Positions 9,301 to 18,510 of a stretch of 49,942 nt of DNA are shown piece by piece (the first letter of the stretch is position 1; every line of letters begins with the position of its first letter). The notes beneath the pieces are model-generated. The model had not been told where the DNA came from. It worked only from the letters and a program-made list of their open reading frames with translations, and ran no database searches. The position numbers were made by a program, and so were the translations under genes. Origin of the DNA: Archangiaceae bacterium (lineage in GTDB: Bacteria; Myxococcota; Myxococcia; Myxococcales; Myxococcaceae). The stretch spans positions 1 to 49,942 of the forward strand of contig JAYVCD010000314.1 of NCBI GenBank assembly GCA_043750125.1, written 5' to 3'.

Positions 9301-11046
9301 ATGCCCAAAGCCAAACGATCGAAGAACGACCCCCTCGGAGATCTTCCCGCGTGGGCCCAGAAGCTCGCTCAGCGCTACTACACCCGAACCGTCAGCACCT
9401 TCCTCGTCTACGGAGCGGTGCGCGACCTGCAGCCGGTCACGTCGGAAGACGGCACCCCGGGCTTCGGAAACCTGCGCGCCTTTCTCGCCGACGAGCTGTT
9501 TGGCGGGCGCGACCACGTCGTCTTCTACGACCGCAGCTCAGGAATCCGAGCGTCGGACCCCGAGACCCAGAAGGACCTCGCCCGGGTGCTCGCCGGCTAC
9601 GACGTGATGTACGGCACCGACTACAGCAAGGTGATGCCCCGCGATCCGGGTCGGGCGCTGCAGATTCTCGAAAACTACCTGCGCATGCGGGTCACCGACG
9701 GGAAGTCGATGGCTTTGATCATCGACTACGCCGAGACGCTCGCTCCCGCCGGAGACATGAGCCACCTCTCGGCCGAAGACCGGTTCGTGCTGGCGACGCT
9801 GACGAAATGGGCCTCGGATCCCCAGTTGCTGGGAGGCGATGTCAGCGTGGTGCTGATCATCGAAAATCTTGCCGAGGTGAACCCCCGCATCACCCGAAAC
9901 CCCTACGTCTCGAACATCGAGATTTCACTTCCGACCGAGTCCGAGCGACTCGATTTCGTGAAGTGGAAGCTCGAAGGCAAAAAACTTCCCACCCTTTCAG
10001 ATCTGCCGATGCCCGCGCTCGCGAAGATGACGGCCGGCCTCTCGCGCATCAACCTCGACCGGGTGCTCACCGAAGCGATCGAAGGGGGCACGCGAATTAC
10101 CGCCGACGTGCTGAAGGAAAAGAAGAAAGAAATCATTCAGGCCGAGTGCCATGGGCTGCTGGAATTCATCGAGCCCGCTCACAACCTCGACTCGGTCTCG
10201 GGCCACGCAATGGCCAAGGGAATGCTTCGCAACGCCGCGGCCGCACTGAAGAAGGGAAAGATCGATGTGATGCCGATGGGCTACCTGGTCTCGGGCCCGG
10301 TCGGCACCGGCAAGACGTACATGGTGACCTGCTTTGCCGGTGACATTGGCGTCCCGTGCGTGAAGTTTCTCAATTTTCGCAGCCAGTGGCAGGGCGTCAC
10401 CGAGGCAAACCTCGAGAAGATCTTCAACATCCTCAAGGCGCTGTGGCCGGTGGCCGTCATGATTGACGAAGCCGACGCGTTCCTGGGCAACCGTGACTCG
10501 GGCGGAGACTCGGGCACCAGCAGCCGAATCTTCGGTTCCATCGCCAGCTTCATGGGGAACACCGAGTACCGCGGCAAGATCATCTGGTTCCTGCTCACCT
10601 GTCGGCCGGATCTGCTGCCCATCGACTTGAAGCGCCAGGGGCGCGCCGAGGAGCACATCGGCCTTTTCTACCCGCAGAACGATGCCGAACGCCTCGACCT
10701 GTTCAAAGCGATGCAGCGGAAGGTGAAGGTTCCGGTCGAAGTCCCGAATTTTGCCGAGCTCACCAAGGGGCGAACGATGTCGGGCGCGGACATCGAGGCG
10801 ATCCTGGTGAGATCGAAATTCCGCGCGGTCACCGATGGGCGCGATGCAGTGACCGAGGCCGACGTGGACGCGGTGCTGAAGGACTTCATGCCTCCGACCT
10901 ACCCGAACGAAATCGAGCTTCAAAATCTGGTCGCGGTTCAGGAATGCACCAGCAAAGCGCTGCTGCCCGAGGCCTTCGCCAAGCTTGATCGCGACTTCGT
11001 CACCCGCCGGATCAAGGAGCTCAAGCTGTTGATGGAAGAGCGGTGA
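9301..11046 (+). CDS. AAA+ ATPase (degenerate N-terminal module plus intact C-terminal module)
   Basis: Walker A GPVGTGKT, pore loop SQWQG, Walker B MIDEAD, SRH-like TCRPDLLPIDLKRQGR; the N-terminal half keeps IIDYAE but has no Walker A. Confidence 0.92.
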   Translation: MPKAKRSKNDPLGDLPAWAQKLAQRYYTRTVSTFLVYGAVRDLQPVTSEDGTPGFGNLRAFLADELFGGRDHVVFYDRSSGIRASDPETQKDLARVLAGYDVMYGTDYSKVMPRDPGRALQILENYLRMRVTDGKSMALIIDYAETLAPAGDMSHLSAEDRFVLATLTKWASDPQLLGGDVSVVLIIENLAEVNPRITRNPYVSNIEISLPTESERLDFVKWKLEGKKLPTLSDLPMPALAKMTAGLSRINLDRVLTEAIEGGTRITADVLKEKKKEIIQAECHGLLEFIEPAHNLDSVSGHAMAKGMLRNAAAALKKGKIDVMPMGYLVSGPVGTGKTYMVTCFAGDIGVPCVKFLNFRSQWQGVTEANLEKIFNILKALWPVAVMIDEADAFLGNRDSGGDSGTSSRIFGSIASFMGNTEYRGKIIWFLLTCRPDLLPIDLKRQGRAEEHIGLFYPQNDAERLDLFKAMQRKVKVPVEVPNFAELTKGRTMSGADIEAILVRSKFRAVTDGRDAVTEADVDAVLKDFMPPTYPNEIELQNLVAVQECTSKALLPEAFAKLDRDFVTRRIKELKLLMEER

Positions 11047-11696
11047 GTCCCTACGTCCCTTCGAAGATCAAGCCGAAGTTCCGCGGCGTTTCTCACTTCA
11101 TCGGCTTCTGCGTCGCGGTCGTGGCTTCGCTGGCGTTGGTCGCCTCTCCCAGGACGGGTGAGGCCTACGTCGGAGGTCTGGTCTACGCCGCAACCTTGAC
11201 GTTGATGCTCGGAATGTCAGCGCTCTACCACCGCCCGATGTGGAGCTACGCCGCGCGACGGATTCTGCGTCGCGTCGATCATTCGGGAATCTTCTTTCTC
11301 ATCGCGGGCAGCTACACCGCGTTCTGGACCCTCACCCCTCCGGCCCACCGTTCAACCCCCTTGCTGTGGGCGATGTGGATCAGCGCAACCATCGGCGTGG
11401 TGGCGTTCGTCCTCTGGACCGACATGCCCCGCATGCTGCGCGCGGCGACCTACGTCGCGCTGGGGCTCTCGGCGCTTCCCCTCGTCTTGAAGTTGCCGGT
11501 GGTCTTCGGTTGGCCCACGACCTGGGTCGTGCTGGCGAGCGCGGCCATCTACATCGCCGGCGCCGCGGTCTACGCCCGCCGCTGGCCCAACCCCGACCCG
11601 CGGGTCTTTGGGTACCACGAAATATTTCACCTGATGGTCCTGCTCGCGGCGGGGCTGCATTTCGCGATCATCTGTTCGAACCACTGGGCGGGCTGA
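11043..11696 (+). CDS. hemolysin III / PAQR family membrane protein
   Basis: SALYH, RRVDHSGIFFLIAGSYT, GYHEIFHLMVL. Confidence 0.92.
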   Translation: MSPYVPSKIKPKFRGVSHFIGFCVAVVASLALVASPRTGEAYVGGLVYAATLTLMLGMSALYHRPMWSYAARRILRRVDHSGIFFLIAGSYTAFWTLTPPAHRSTPLLWAMWISATIGVVAFVLWTDMPRMLRAATYVALGLSALPLVLKLPVVFGWPTTWVVLASAAIYIAGAAVYARRWPNPDPRVFGYHEIFHLMVLLAAGLHFAIICSNHWAG

Positions 11697-11714
11697 CGGA
11701 CTCATCAAAGCCCG

Positions 11715-14114
11715 CTACTTCACCACCCAGACTGCCGACTTGAAGGCGCTGCTTAGTTGCGGCCGGCCTTCGGGCTCGAGCGTGCTCGCCGCGGCGTGGA
11801 GCGTGCCCGCGAGCGTGGGCACCACCTTCAGCTTCGCTTGAAACGTCGCCCCGGGCAGCAGCGCCACCAGATGCAGGGTGATCGCCCCGTCCTCGGTCTC
11901 GAAGTGCGACACGGTCTTGGCTGCGACCAGCGCGTCGAGCGAAGGTGAATCGGCCTGGACCCCGGCGGGCAGGGCAATGCGCAGCCTGGTCTGAGTATTG
12001 GCAGGGGCCGCGACGGTGAGCTCGAGCTCGACCGGCTTGCCGACCTCGAGCCGATCCGCAAATTTCGAAGTGAACTCCAGCCCACTGGCCGGCTCATCGC
12101 GCCAGGGCACGTGCGCCTGCAGGGTCAAACAGAAGCCCAGCCCCGCCACCGCCGGTTCGGCCCGCACATTCCAGCGGTGCTTGCCTCCGCTTTTGGGAAC
12201 CAGCGCCTCGAGCGTGAGCACGTCATGAAGGTGCGCCGCGTCCAGAATTCCGCTGACCACCGGCTGTCCTTCTCGCTCGAGGAACACCTTCACGTTGGCT
12301 GGCACCGGCGTCTTGAACAGTGCCGTCACTGCTCGCAGTGCCGCGAGGTTCGCCTGCCCATCTCCCCAACCGTAGACCGGCGAATAATTGGCGAGCAGCC
12401 AGGTGCCCAGATCAGCCACCACCGCCGCGTGCTTCTGATCGCCTTGCAGCGCGAGCACCGCCAGCGCGGTCGCTTCGGCGATCGTCGGGCGGTTTCCATC
12501 TGCGCGCACCACGCCTTCATCGACGGTCAGAAATTTTGCCCCATCGCGACCCGTAACGATGCCCTTCAAGGCCTTCTCTTTGAGCGCCTCGGCGATGGTT
12601 CCACTCGCTGCCTCGCTGGCGAGAATCGCGGCGGCCGTGTAGCCGTCGTCGATGCGCGCGAGGTTCCTCTCAAACGCTCCCAGCGCACGAATCGCGACGG
12701 CAATCGCGCGCTGCTTCTGCGCCGAGGTGCTCTGCGCCGATCGCACAGCTTGAACACACCCCCCGGTCGTCACGAGCAGACGTTGCAGTGTCCACCCGTC
12801 CGCGCCCTGACAGGTGCCATCGGGGCGCTGGGCGGCAGCGACCTGCGCCGCCAGTCGTTCTGCCAGGCGCGAGAGGACAGCATTGTCCGGGTGAGCAAAC
12901 GCCGCCTCGGCCAGGAGCACTGCGCTCGCAACATCCGGAGCGCGCGCGTGTCGAATCGCCCGCTGAGTCGCCAGCACCGACAAGTCGCGAATGACGTCCA
13001 TCGCCGGCTCGCCACCCAATGACCGCAGCAGCGCCGGCGCGCGGCCCGTGAGCAACAGGGTGTAGGCGTCGTCGGCCACTCCCCCGCGGTACGGCGCAGC
13101 CGAGAGCTCCGATCGCACCAGCGCCAGCGCCCCCGGGAATACCTGAAGTCGCACCGTCTCACTGCCCTCGAGGGCATCGGTCGGGCCCACCAACTCTACG
13201 TCCCGCGGAGCGGCAAGAGTGCTGCCCACCGACGTGGTTCGCAGCTTCCCGGCGGGCTTCACCTCGACGTTGCGCTCGACCGCGTCGCTCTCGCCAAGCA
13301 CCGCCTTGAAGGCGCTGGTCCCCGGACGCGTCGTTTTCAGCGTCACGTACTGCATGCTGTTGCCCTCAGCCGGAATCCTTACCGGGCCCCCGACTGCAGA
13401 AAGGGTCGCGTTCTGAGCCGACATTTTCAAAGTGGTGTTCACGTCGCTGGACGTCGTGTTGATCAGCTGAACCGGAAGGCGCACCTCGTCCCCCGCGATC
13501 AAAAAGGCCGGAACCACCGGGTCGACATAAGTGGGCAGAGTCCCGAGAAAGGAGGTCACCGCCCCCGCCTGGCCCCCTTGTCGCGAGTGGGCCAGCGCCA
13601 GCACCCGCCACGAAGTCAGACGGTCGGGCACCTTCACCGGAATCGAGGCGCGCCCTTGTGCATCAGTCACCACCAACGGCTCGAACAGGAATGTCTCAGG
13701 GAACCAAGCCCGGGTAGCGGCCGCTCCAGAAGCCGCGCCCTGCGCTTCGGGCTCGTCGGGCGCTGCCGACATCGGTTGCTTTCCTGCAAGTTCCATCTTC
13801 GGCGGAGCGAGGGCCACCCCCCCCACTGCCATGCCTTGAGCACTTCCCCCTTCACCTTCGTAGGCCGCGAAGTTTTTCATTCCTCCTTTCATCTTGAAGT
13901 CCCGGGTCTTCGCTTTTTCCCTTTGGGCCGGTAGATCCATCGCCAGCGGGGGTGGGGCTCGTGCGGACTGATCGAGGTCCTGGCCGGCCAGAGCGTCGGC
14001 CGAAGCCGCATAGGGATTGCGCGCCATTCCGCCGAAGACGGTGATCGCCAGGCCGACAAAGCAAGAGAGGAACAGCGCGGCGAGGAACCCAAGCACAAAC
14101 GATTTCTTGTTCAT
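11715..14114 (-). CDS. alpha-2-macroglobulin family protein, C-terminal half
   Basis: RAWFPETFLFEPLVVTDAQGRASIPVKVPDRLTSWRVLALA matches the A2M domain; N-terminal TM helix; no CxEQ thioester motif. Confidence 0.8.
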   Translation of the reverse strand: MNKKSFVLGFLAALFLSCFVGLAITVFGGMARNPYAASADALAGQDLDQSARAPPPLAMDLPAQREKAKTRDFKMKGGMKNFAAYEGEGGSAQGMAVGGVALAPPKMELAGKQPMSAAPDEPEAQGAASGAAATRAWFPETFLFEPLVVTDAQGRASIPVKVPDRLTSWRVLALAHSRQGGQAGAVTSFLGTLPTYVDPVVPAFLIAGDEVRLPVQLINTTSSDVNTTLKMSAQNATLSAVGGPVRIPAEGNSMQYVTLKTTRPGTSAFKAVLGESDAVERNVEVKPAGKLRTTSVGSTLAAPRDVELVGPTDALEGSETVRLQVFPGALALVRSELSAAPYRGGVADDAYTLLLTGRAPALLRSLGGEPAMDVIRDLSVLATQRAIRHARAPDVASAVLLAEAAFAHPDNAVLSRLAERLAAQVAAAQRPDGTCQGADGWTLQRLLVTTGGCVQAVRSAQSTSAQKQRAIAVAIRALGAFERNLARIDDGYTAAAILASEAASGTIAEALKEKALKGIVTGRDGAKFLTVDEGVVRADGNRPTIAEATALAVLALQGDQKHAAVVADLGTWLLANYSPVYGWGDGQANLAALRAVTALFKTPVPANVKVFLEREGQPVVSGILDAAHLHDVLTLEALVPKSGGKHRWNVRAEPAVAGLGFCLTLQAHVPWRDEPASGLEFTSKFADRLEVGKPVELELTVAAPANTQTRLRIALPAGVQADSPSLDALVAAKTVSHFETEDGAITLHLVALLPGATFQAKLKVVPTLAGTLHAAASTLEPEGRPQLSSAFKSAVWVVK

Positions 14115-16926
14115 GGCTTCTCCTTCGCAACCCAGGCCGACCAGTTCTCAACGTCTTCAGGAAGCCGGGTCCCATCGACGACCACTGCGCGCGGGTCGGT
14201 GAGCGCCAGCAGGTCAAGAGGAAGGCGGTGGAGCTTGAGCTTGCGACCCCACGCGTCGTGCGCTGGCTGCTTCTTGAACTCGAGGCTGTCGAGGGCCTTC
14301 GCCCACAGACGAGCCATCGTCCGGGGCGTCATTTTCTCTGCCTCGGGCGCAGTGGATTCCCATGCCCGGGTCTGCACGTGCAGCTCCTCGAGCGCGATGT
14401 AGAACCTGTCGGTCAGCGTCTCGAGCGGGTCAAAAAGCGTTTCCCCCGACACGGTCACCGACGATTCGATCTCTGCAGGAGCGGGCAGGGCACTGACCTT
14501 GAGCAAAGTGGCCGCAGTCGCGTTCTTCCCCCGCACTCTGCCCATCGAAAGTGCCTGCGCGTCCAGGCCCTCGAACCCCGGGACGAAGGCGACCTGGGGC
14601 CGCAGCGACGCCAGCTCTTCCGAGCCAGGCAAAGGCACCAACTGGCCCATACTTTCATCGACTCCGAAGAGCCCAACTGCGGCGGGTCCAGCTGTTTCTC
14701 CGGTGCGGGTTTGAATGTTCAGCCGGGCAATCTGACCCGGGGCATAGCGATCTTTGTCTGCGCTGATCGCCACCTGCAGCAACGCGCTCGGCTGGACAAA
14801 GAGGTGGACGAGCCCGGTGCCACAGGTGATCGACGCCCACCCGTCGAAAGACGGGGGAAGGGTGAATCGGACTTTGCGCGTCTTGGCGTCCAGCTTCGCT
14901 TCCCGCGTCTCGCGTCCCATCGTCAGGTACGCCTTCTCGGGAAGTCCCCCTTTGTGCTCAGGGCCGCGCAGCACCTCGACTTCGACGCTCGATCCTGGCT
15001 TCACCCATTGCGAGTCGACCCGCAGTCGCAGCGGAGGAATGGCGCCGGGCCTCATCAGCAGCCGCGTCGAGCCGAGGTTTGCATCGCCTCGGCGTGCGGT
15101 GATCAGAAACTCGTAGCCAATCAGCGTGGTCGCCTGGGGGCGATGGGCCTCGTACTTTGCGGGCGCCTGAATTTCCAGTCGCGCAAAGCCAACAGCGGCG
15201 GTGCTCTCGCCTTCGTCGCTCTCATCGGCCGGAAGCTTCGGCAGCTCGAGCTTCGTCAAACGGCCTTGGATGCACGCGATGGCACTGTCTGGAAAATGCG
15301 CCTCGGTGGGGTTGTTGATCCACGACAACTCGACGGCGAGCGAGCCGCCCTTGGTGGCCCATGTCAGCCTCTTGGGCAAAGGGCCCGAACCGACCGTCGG
15401 AGGCAAACAATCGCGTACGGTCACCATCGCTTCATCGAGCGCGTGTTGCAGCGTCGCAGGCACCTGGGGCACTCCTTCGGGGGTGACGGTCACGCGCGGA
15501 AGATCGCTGTCGTTGAAGTTCCAGGTCAAATCGAACAGGCGCTCTTTTCCGCTGGCGAACTTTACGCTTCGCAGCACGCTCTCGACGCACTTTCCCAGCC
15601 GGGTGGCCGGGGCTGCCATCGCCGCGATCACCCCACTGGCACCGACCCTGATTCCCAAGTGAGCCTGGCTGCCCGTGTCATTGACGAAACGCGCGCATGT
15701 CTCGAGTGGACCCTCGAGCCGGTCGAAGGCGAGGCGATCGGACAGCGTCGGCTCAGAGGCTTCTTCGTCCAGCAGGTTGAACAGCTCGCCCCGGGTCACT
15801 ACGTCGGCGCGCGGGGAATTGCATCTTCGGTCAGCAGAATCGATGCAATGCCTTCGACCCGGTCTCCACTGCCATCGATCGCCGAAATCCGGGCAGTGAG
15901 CCTCGCCTGCTTCTGCAGATCTTCGGGCACGGCGGGCAGCTCGAGACTGAAGTGTCCGCTTGCATCGGCGGTGGCAACTTTGGGCAGCGCGGTTCCTTCG
16001 ACCCACGCGGCCGGAGCCGGCCACTCACCGCTCACTTCCCACTGCAGCTCGAGCTTCGCGCCCGCGACCGGCGCTCCCGAGCTGTAGCGAACTTCGCCCT
16101 TCAGACCCGGCCGTTCCCCTCGCCGGTAGAACGGCTTGCCCGGGGTCGACTCGACATGAAAGCGGGGCAGGGTGAACGGCTTGACGGTGAAAGGGCGGCT
16201 GCCCACCGCTCCGCCCGAATGCCATTCGACCCGCCAATCTCCGCTCTCGGCGCCTTGATCCAGTGGAAAGGTTCCCTGCGTGACTCCCCAGGGCCCAGCG
16301 GGCGACTTCTCTTCGAGCAACAGGACCCCCTGCGCGTCGTAGACCCGCCAGAGCCCCGGGCGGCCGTCCAGCGGAGTCAGGTCGTTGCCCTTCAGCGCCA
16401 CCGCTCGGAACTTCACCGTGTTCCCCGGCTCATAAAGAGGGCGGTCGGTCAGTACGTGAATGCGCGCGGGCGCGTAGAGCGGCAGCGGAACATCGAGCAG
16501 CGACTCACCAAACGCCGTCTTCACTCTGGCCCGAAGCAGGTAGTCGCCGTCGTTGACCTGCGGAATGGTGAGCTCTGCCGTTTGAAGGTCGCCGGCCCGG
16601 GCCCAGGGTTTCTGGGGCATGAGCTGCGTCTGCGTCGTTCCGTCGACCAGAAAGACCTCGGGCGTGAAGCCCTTCAAATTCGCGGTGCGGCGCGAGTCGG
16701 CCGCCCCTTCGGTGTAGTGCACCCGCACGCCCAGAGTGACGCTGCCTTTTGCTCCCCGCGAAAGCCCGGCGGTCTGGAGCGTAACCGTCTGGCGAAGCTC
16801 GCCATCGGGGCAGTGGTCAAGCCACAGTCCGTAACGCAGTCCGGTTCGAAGGCAGGTCTGAGTTGAAGCGACCCCCAGCACTGCGATTGCCAAGCCGGCC
16901 ACAACGAGCCACTTCTTCAGCGACAT
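14111..16926 (-). pseudogene. MG2/A2M N-terminal-domain protein split by a single frameshift (ORFs 15799..16926 and 14111..~15815)
   Basis: The upstream part has a signal anchor and HVLTDRPLYEPGNTVKFRA...FTLPRFHV (MG2). The downstream part has ADKDRYAPGQIARL...AAVGLFGVDES (A2M_N_2-like). The frames switch around GGGG 15813-15816, which may be a sequencing error. Confidence 0.7.
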
Positions 16927-16965
16927 ATCCTTGCCATGACACGCGACATGGACGCGGAGTTCCGA

Positions 16966-18087
16966 CTACTTGGACTGGCGAATTGCCCAGCGCGAAACGG
17001 CTTCTTCGAGCAGTCGGGCTGCCTTGGCCGGATCAGGGACGCTGCCTTTGCCAACCACCACCACCTCATCGAACGCATCACGAACTCCGCTCGACCCACC
17101 GATCATCGACCCCGCGAAGAGGACCACCCGCTTCTTCTGCATTCGGGCCAGCCGTCCCAGCGCGTAGGGACCCTTGAAGTAGGCACTCTGCAGGTCCAGC
17201 TGCCCTTCACCGGTGATGACCAGATCACACTCATTGACCATCGCAAACAACCCCAGCGCGTCCGAGATGACATCGAAGCCACGCCGAAGCCTGGCGTTGC
17301 AGAAGGCACGCAACCCAAACGCGAGGCCGCCCGCCGACCCAGCGCCCGCTTCCTGCTCGTGCGCCTCGTCCGACCCCTCGCGTCCCACCCGAGCCAGGTG
17401 CTCGAGCAAACTGTCGAGTCGTTCCACATCGTCGTCGTCCGCTCCCTTCTGGGGTCCGTAGATTCGTGCCGTCCCCTCGTCGCCGAGCAGTGGATTTCGA
17501 ACGTCGGTCAAGACCTCGAGCTGAACCGCCGCAAGTCGTGGGTCCAGCCCGCTGCGGTCGACCTTCGCCAACCGCTCCAGGTGTTTGGGGCCCAGGGGAA
17601 GGTGCGCGCCCTTCTCGTCGAGAAAGGCAATTCCCAACGCCGACACCGCCCCGACCCCGCCATCACAGGTCGCGCTGCCACCGGCCCCGACCAGAATGCG
17701 AGTGGCTCCGGCGTCGAGCGCTGCGCGAATCAATTCACCGGTGCCATAGGTGTGGGCCGACATCGGGTCGAGCTCGCTTTTCTTCAGCAATCCGAGCCCG
17801 GAGGCAGAGGCCATCTCGATGATCGCCGTTTTTCCTGCGTCGAGCAGAGCCCAACGCGCTTTGACCGGTCGACCCAGCGCATCGGTCACGTCGCTGAAAC
17901 GCTCTTCGCCTTCCCCTGCGGAAAGCAACACGTCGACCGTGCCACCGCCTCCATCGGCGATCGGGACAACGTCGATGCGGGCCTGTTCGTGGATCCCTTT
18001 GAACCCGCGCATGATCGCTTGAGCCGCTTCCGGAGCGGTCAGGGTTCCTTTGAATTCCTGCGGCGCGATTAACACCTTGAGGCTCAA
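16966..18087 (-). CDS. glxK: glycerate kinase
   Basis: KVLIAPQEFKGTL, PIADGGGGT, IEMASASGL, GGSATCDGG, YGPQKGA, ITGEG; start placed at TTG 18087. Confidence 0.92.
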   Translation of the reverse strand: MSLKVLIAPQEFKGTLTAPEAAQAIMRGFKGIHEQARIDVVPIADGGGGTVDVLLSAGEGEERFSDVTDALGRPVKARWALLDAGKTAIIEMASASGLGLLKKSELDPMSAHTYGTGELIRAALDAGATRILVGAGGSATCDGGVGAVSALGIAFLDEKGAHLPLGPKHLERLAKVDRSGLDPRLAAVQLEVLTDVRNPLLGDEGTARIYGPQKGADDDDVERLDSLLEHLARVGREGSDEAHEQEAGAGSAGGLAFGLRAFCNARLRRGFDVISDALGLFAMVNECDLVITGEGQLDLQSAYFKGPYALGRLARMQKKRVVLFAGSMIGGSSGVRDAFDEVVVVGKGSVPDPAKAARLLEEAVSRWAIRQSK

Positions 18088-18127
18088 TGCAATCAATCTC
18101 CGGGCCCGCCAGTATAAGCAGTGAACG

Positions 18128-18502
18128 ATGCGCTTCTTGCTCAATCTGTTGTGGGCGGTATTCGGGGGTGGCCTGATCACCGCAATTCAGTACGCGTTGG
18201 CGGGAATTGTCTGTTGCCTGACGATCGTCGGAGTGCCTTTCGGAGTTCAGTGCTTCAAGCTTGCGGGCTTGGCTCTTTTTCCGTTCGGGAAAGACTTCAC
18301 CAGCCAGGGGCAGGGCGCGGTCGGCTTCGTATTCAACATCATCTGGCTGGTCTTCGCGGGGATCTGGATCTTCCTCACCCACCTCGCCCTCGGCATTTCG
18401 TTGGCGGTCACCATCATCGGCATCCCGTTCGCCTACCAGCACCTGAAGCTTGGGATGCTCGCGCTGGCGCCGTTCGGTACCCGGACCTGGGAAAAACCGT
18501 AA
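18128..18502 (+). CDS. yccF: YccF (DUF307) inner membrane protein
   Basis: Duplicated N(L/I)(L/I)W..F.G ... TI(V/I)G(V/I)PF...KL..LAL.PFG unit. Confidence 0.88.
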   Translation: MRFLLNLLWAVFGGGLITAIQYALAGIVCCLTIVGVPFGVQCFKLAGLALFPFGKDFTSQGQGAVGFVFNIIWLVFAGIWIFLTHLALGISLAVTIIGIPFAYQHLKLGMLALAPFGTRTWEKP

Positions 18503-18510
18503 CCCCGCCT

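Noticed and set aside
11043-11696. Hemolysin toxin or virulence claim
   Set aside because: HlyIII/PAQR proteins are widespread membrane proteins, and the name alone does not support toxicity.
15799-15822. Programmed -1 ribosomal frameshift
   Set aside because: No X XXY YYZ slippery site; an indel is the simpler explanation.
14228-16087. 619-aa plus-strand ORF and similar long antisense ORFs (7078..8514, 16936..18072, 25354..26577, 42503..43747, 46655..47980)
   Set aside because: Shadow frames opposite motif-supported genes; expected in high-GC DNA and without recognisable motifs.
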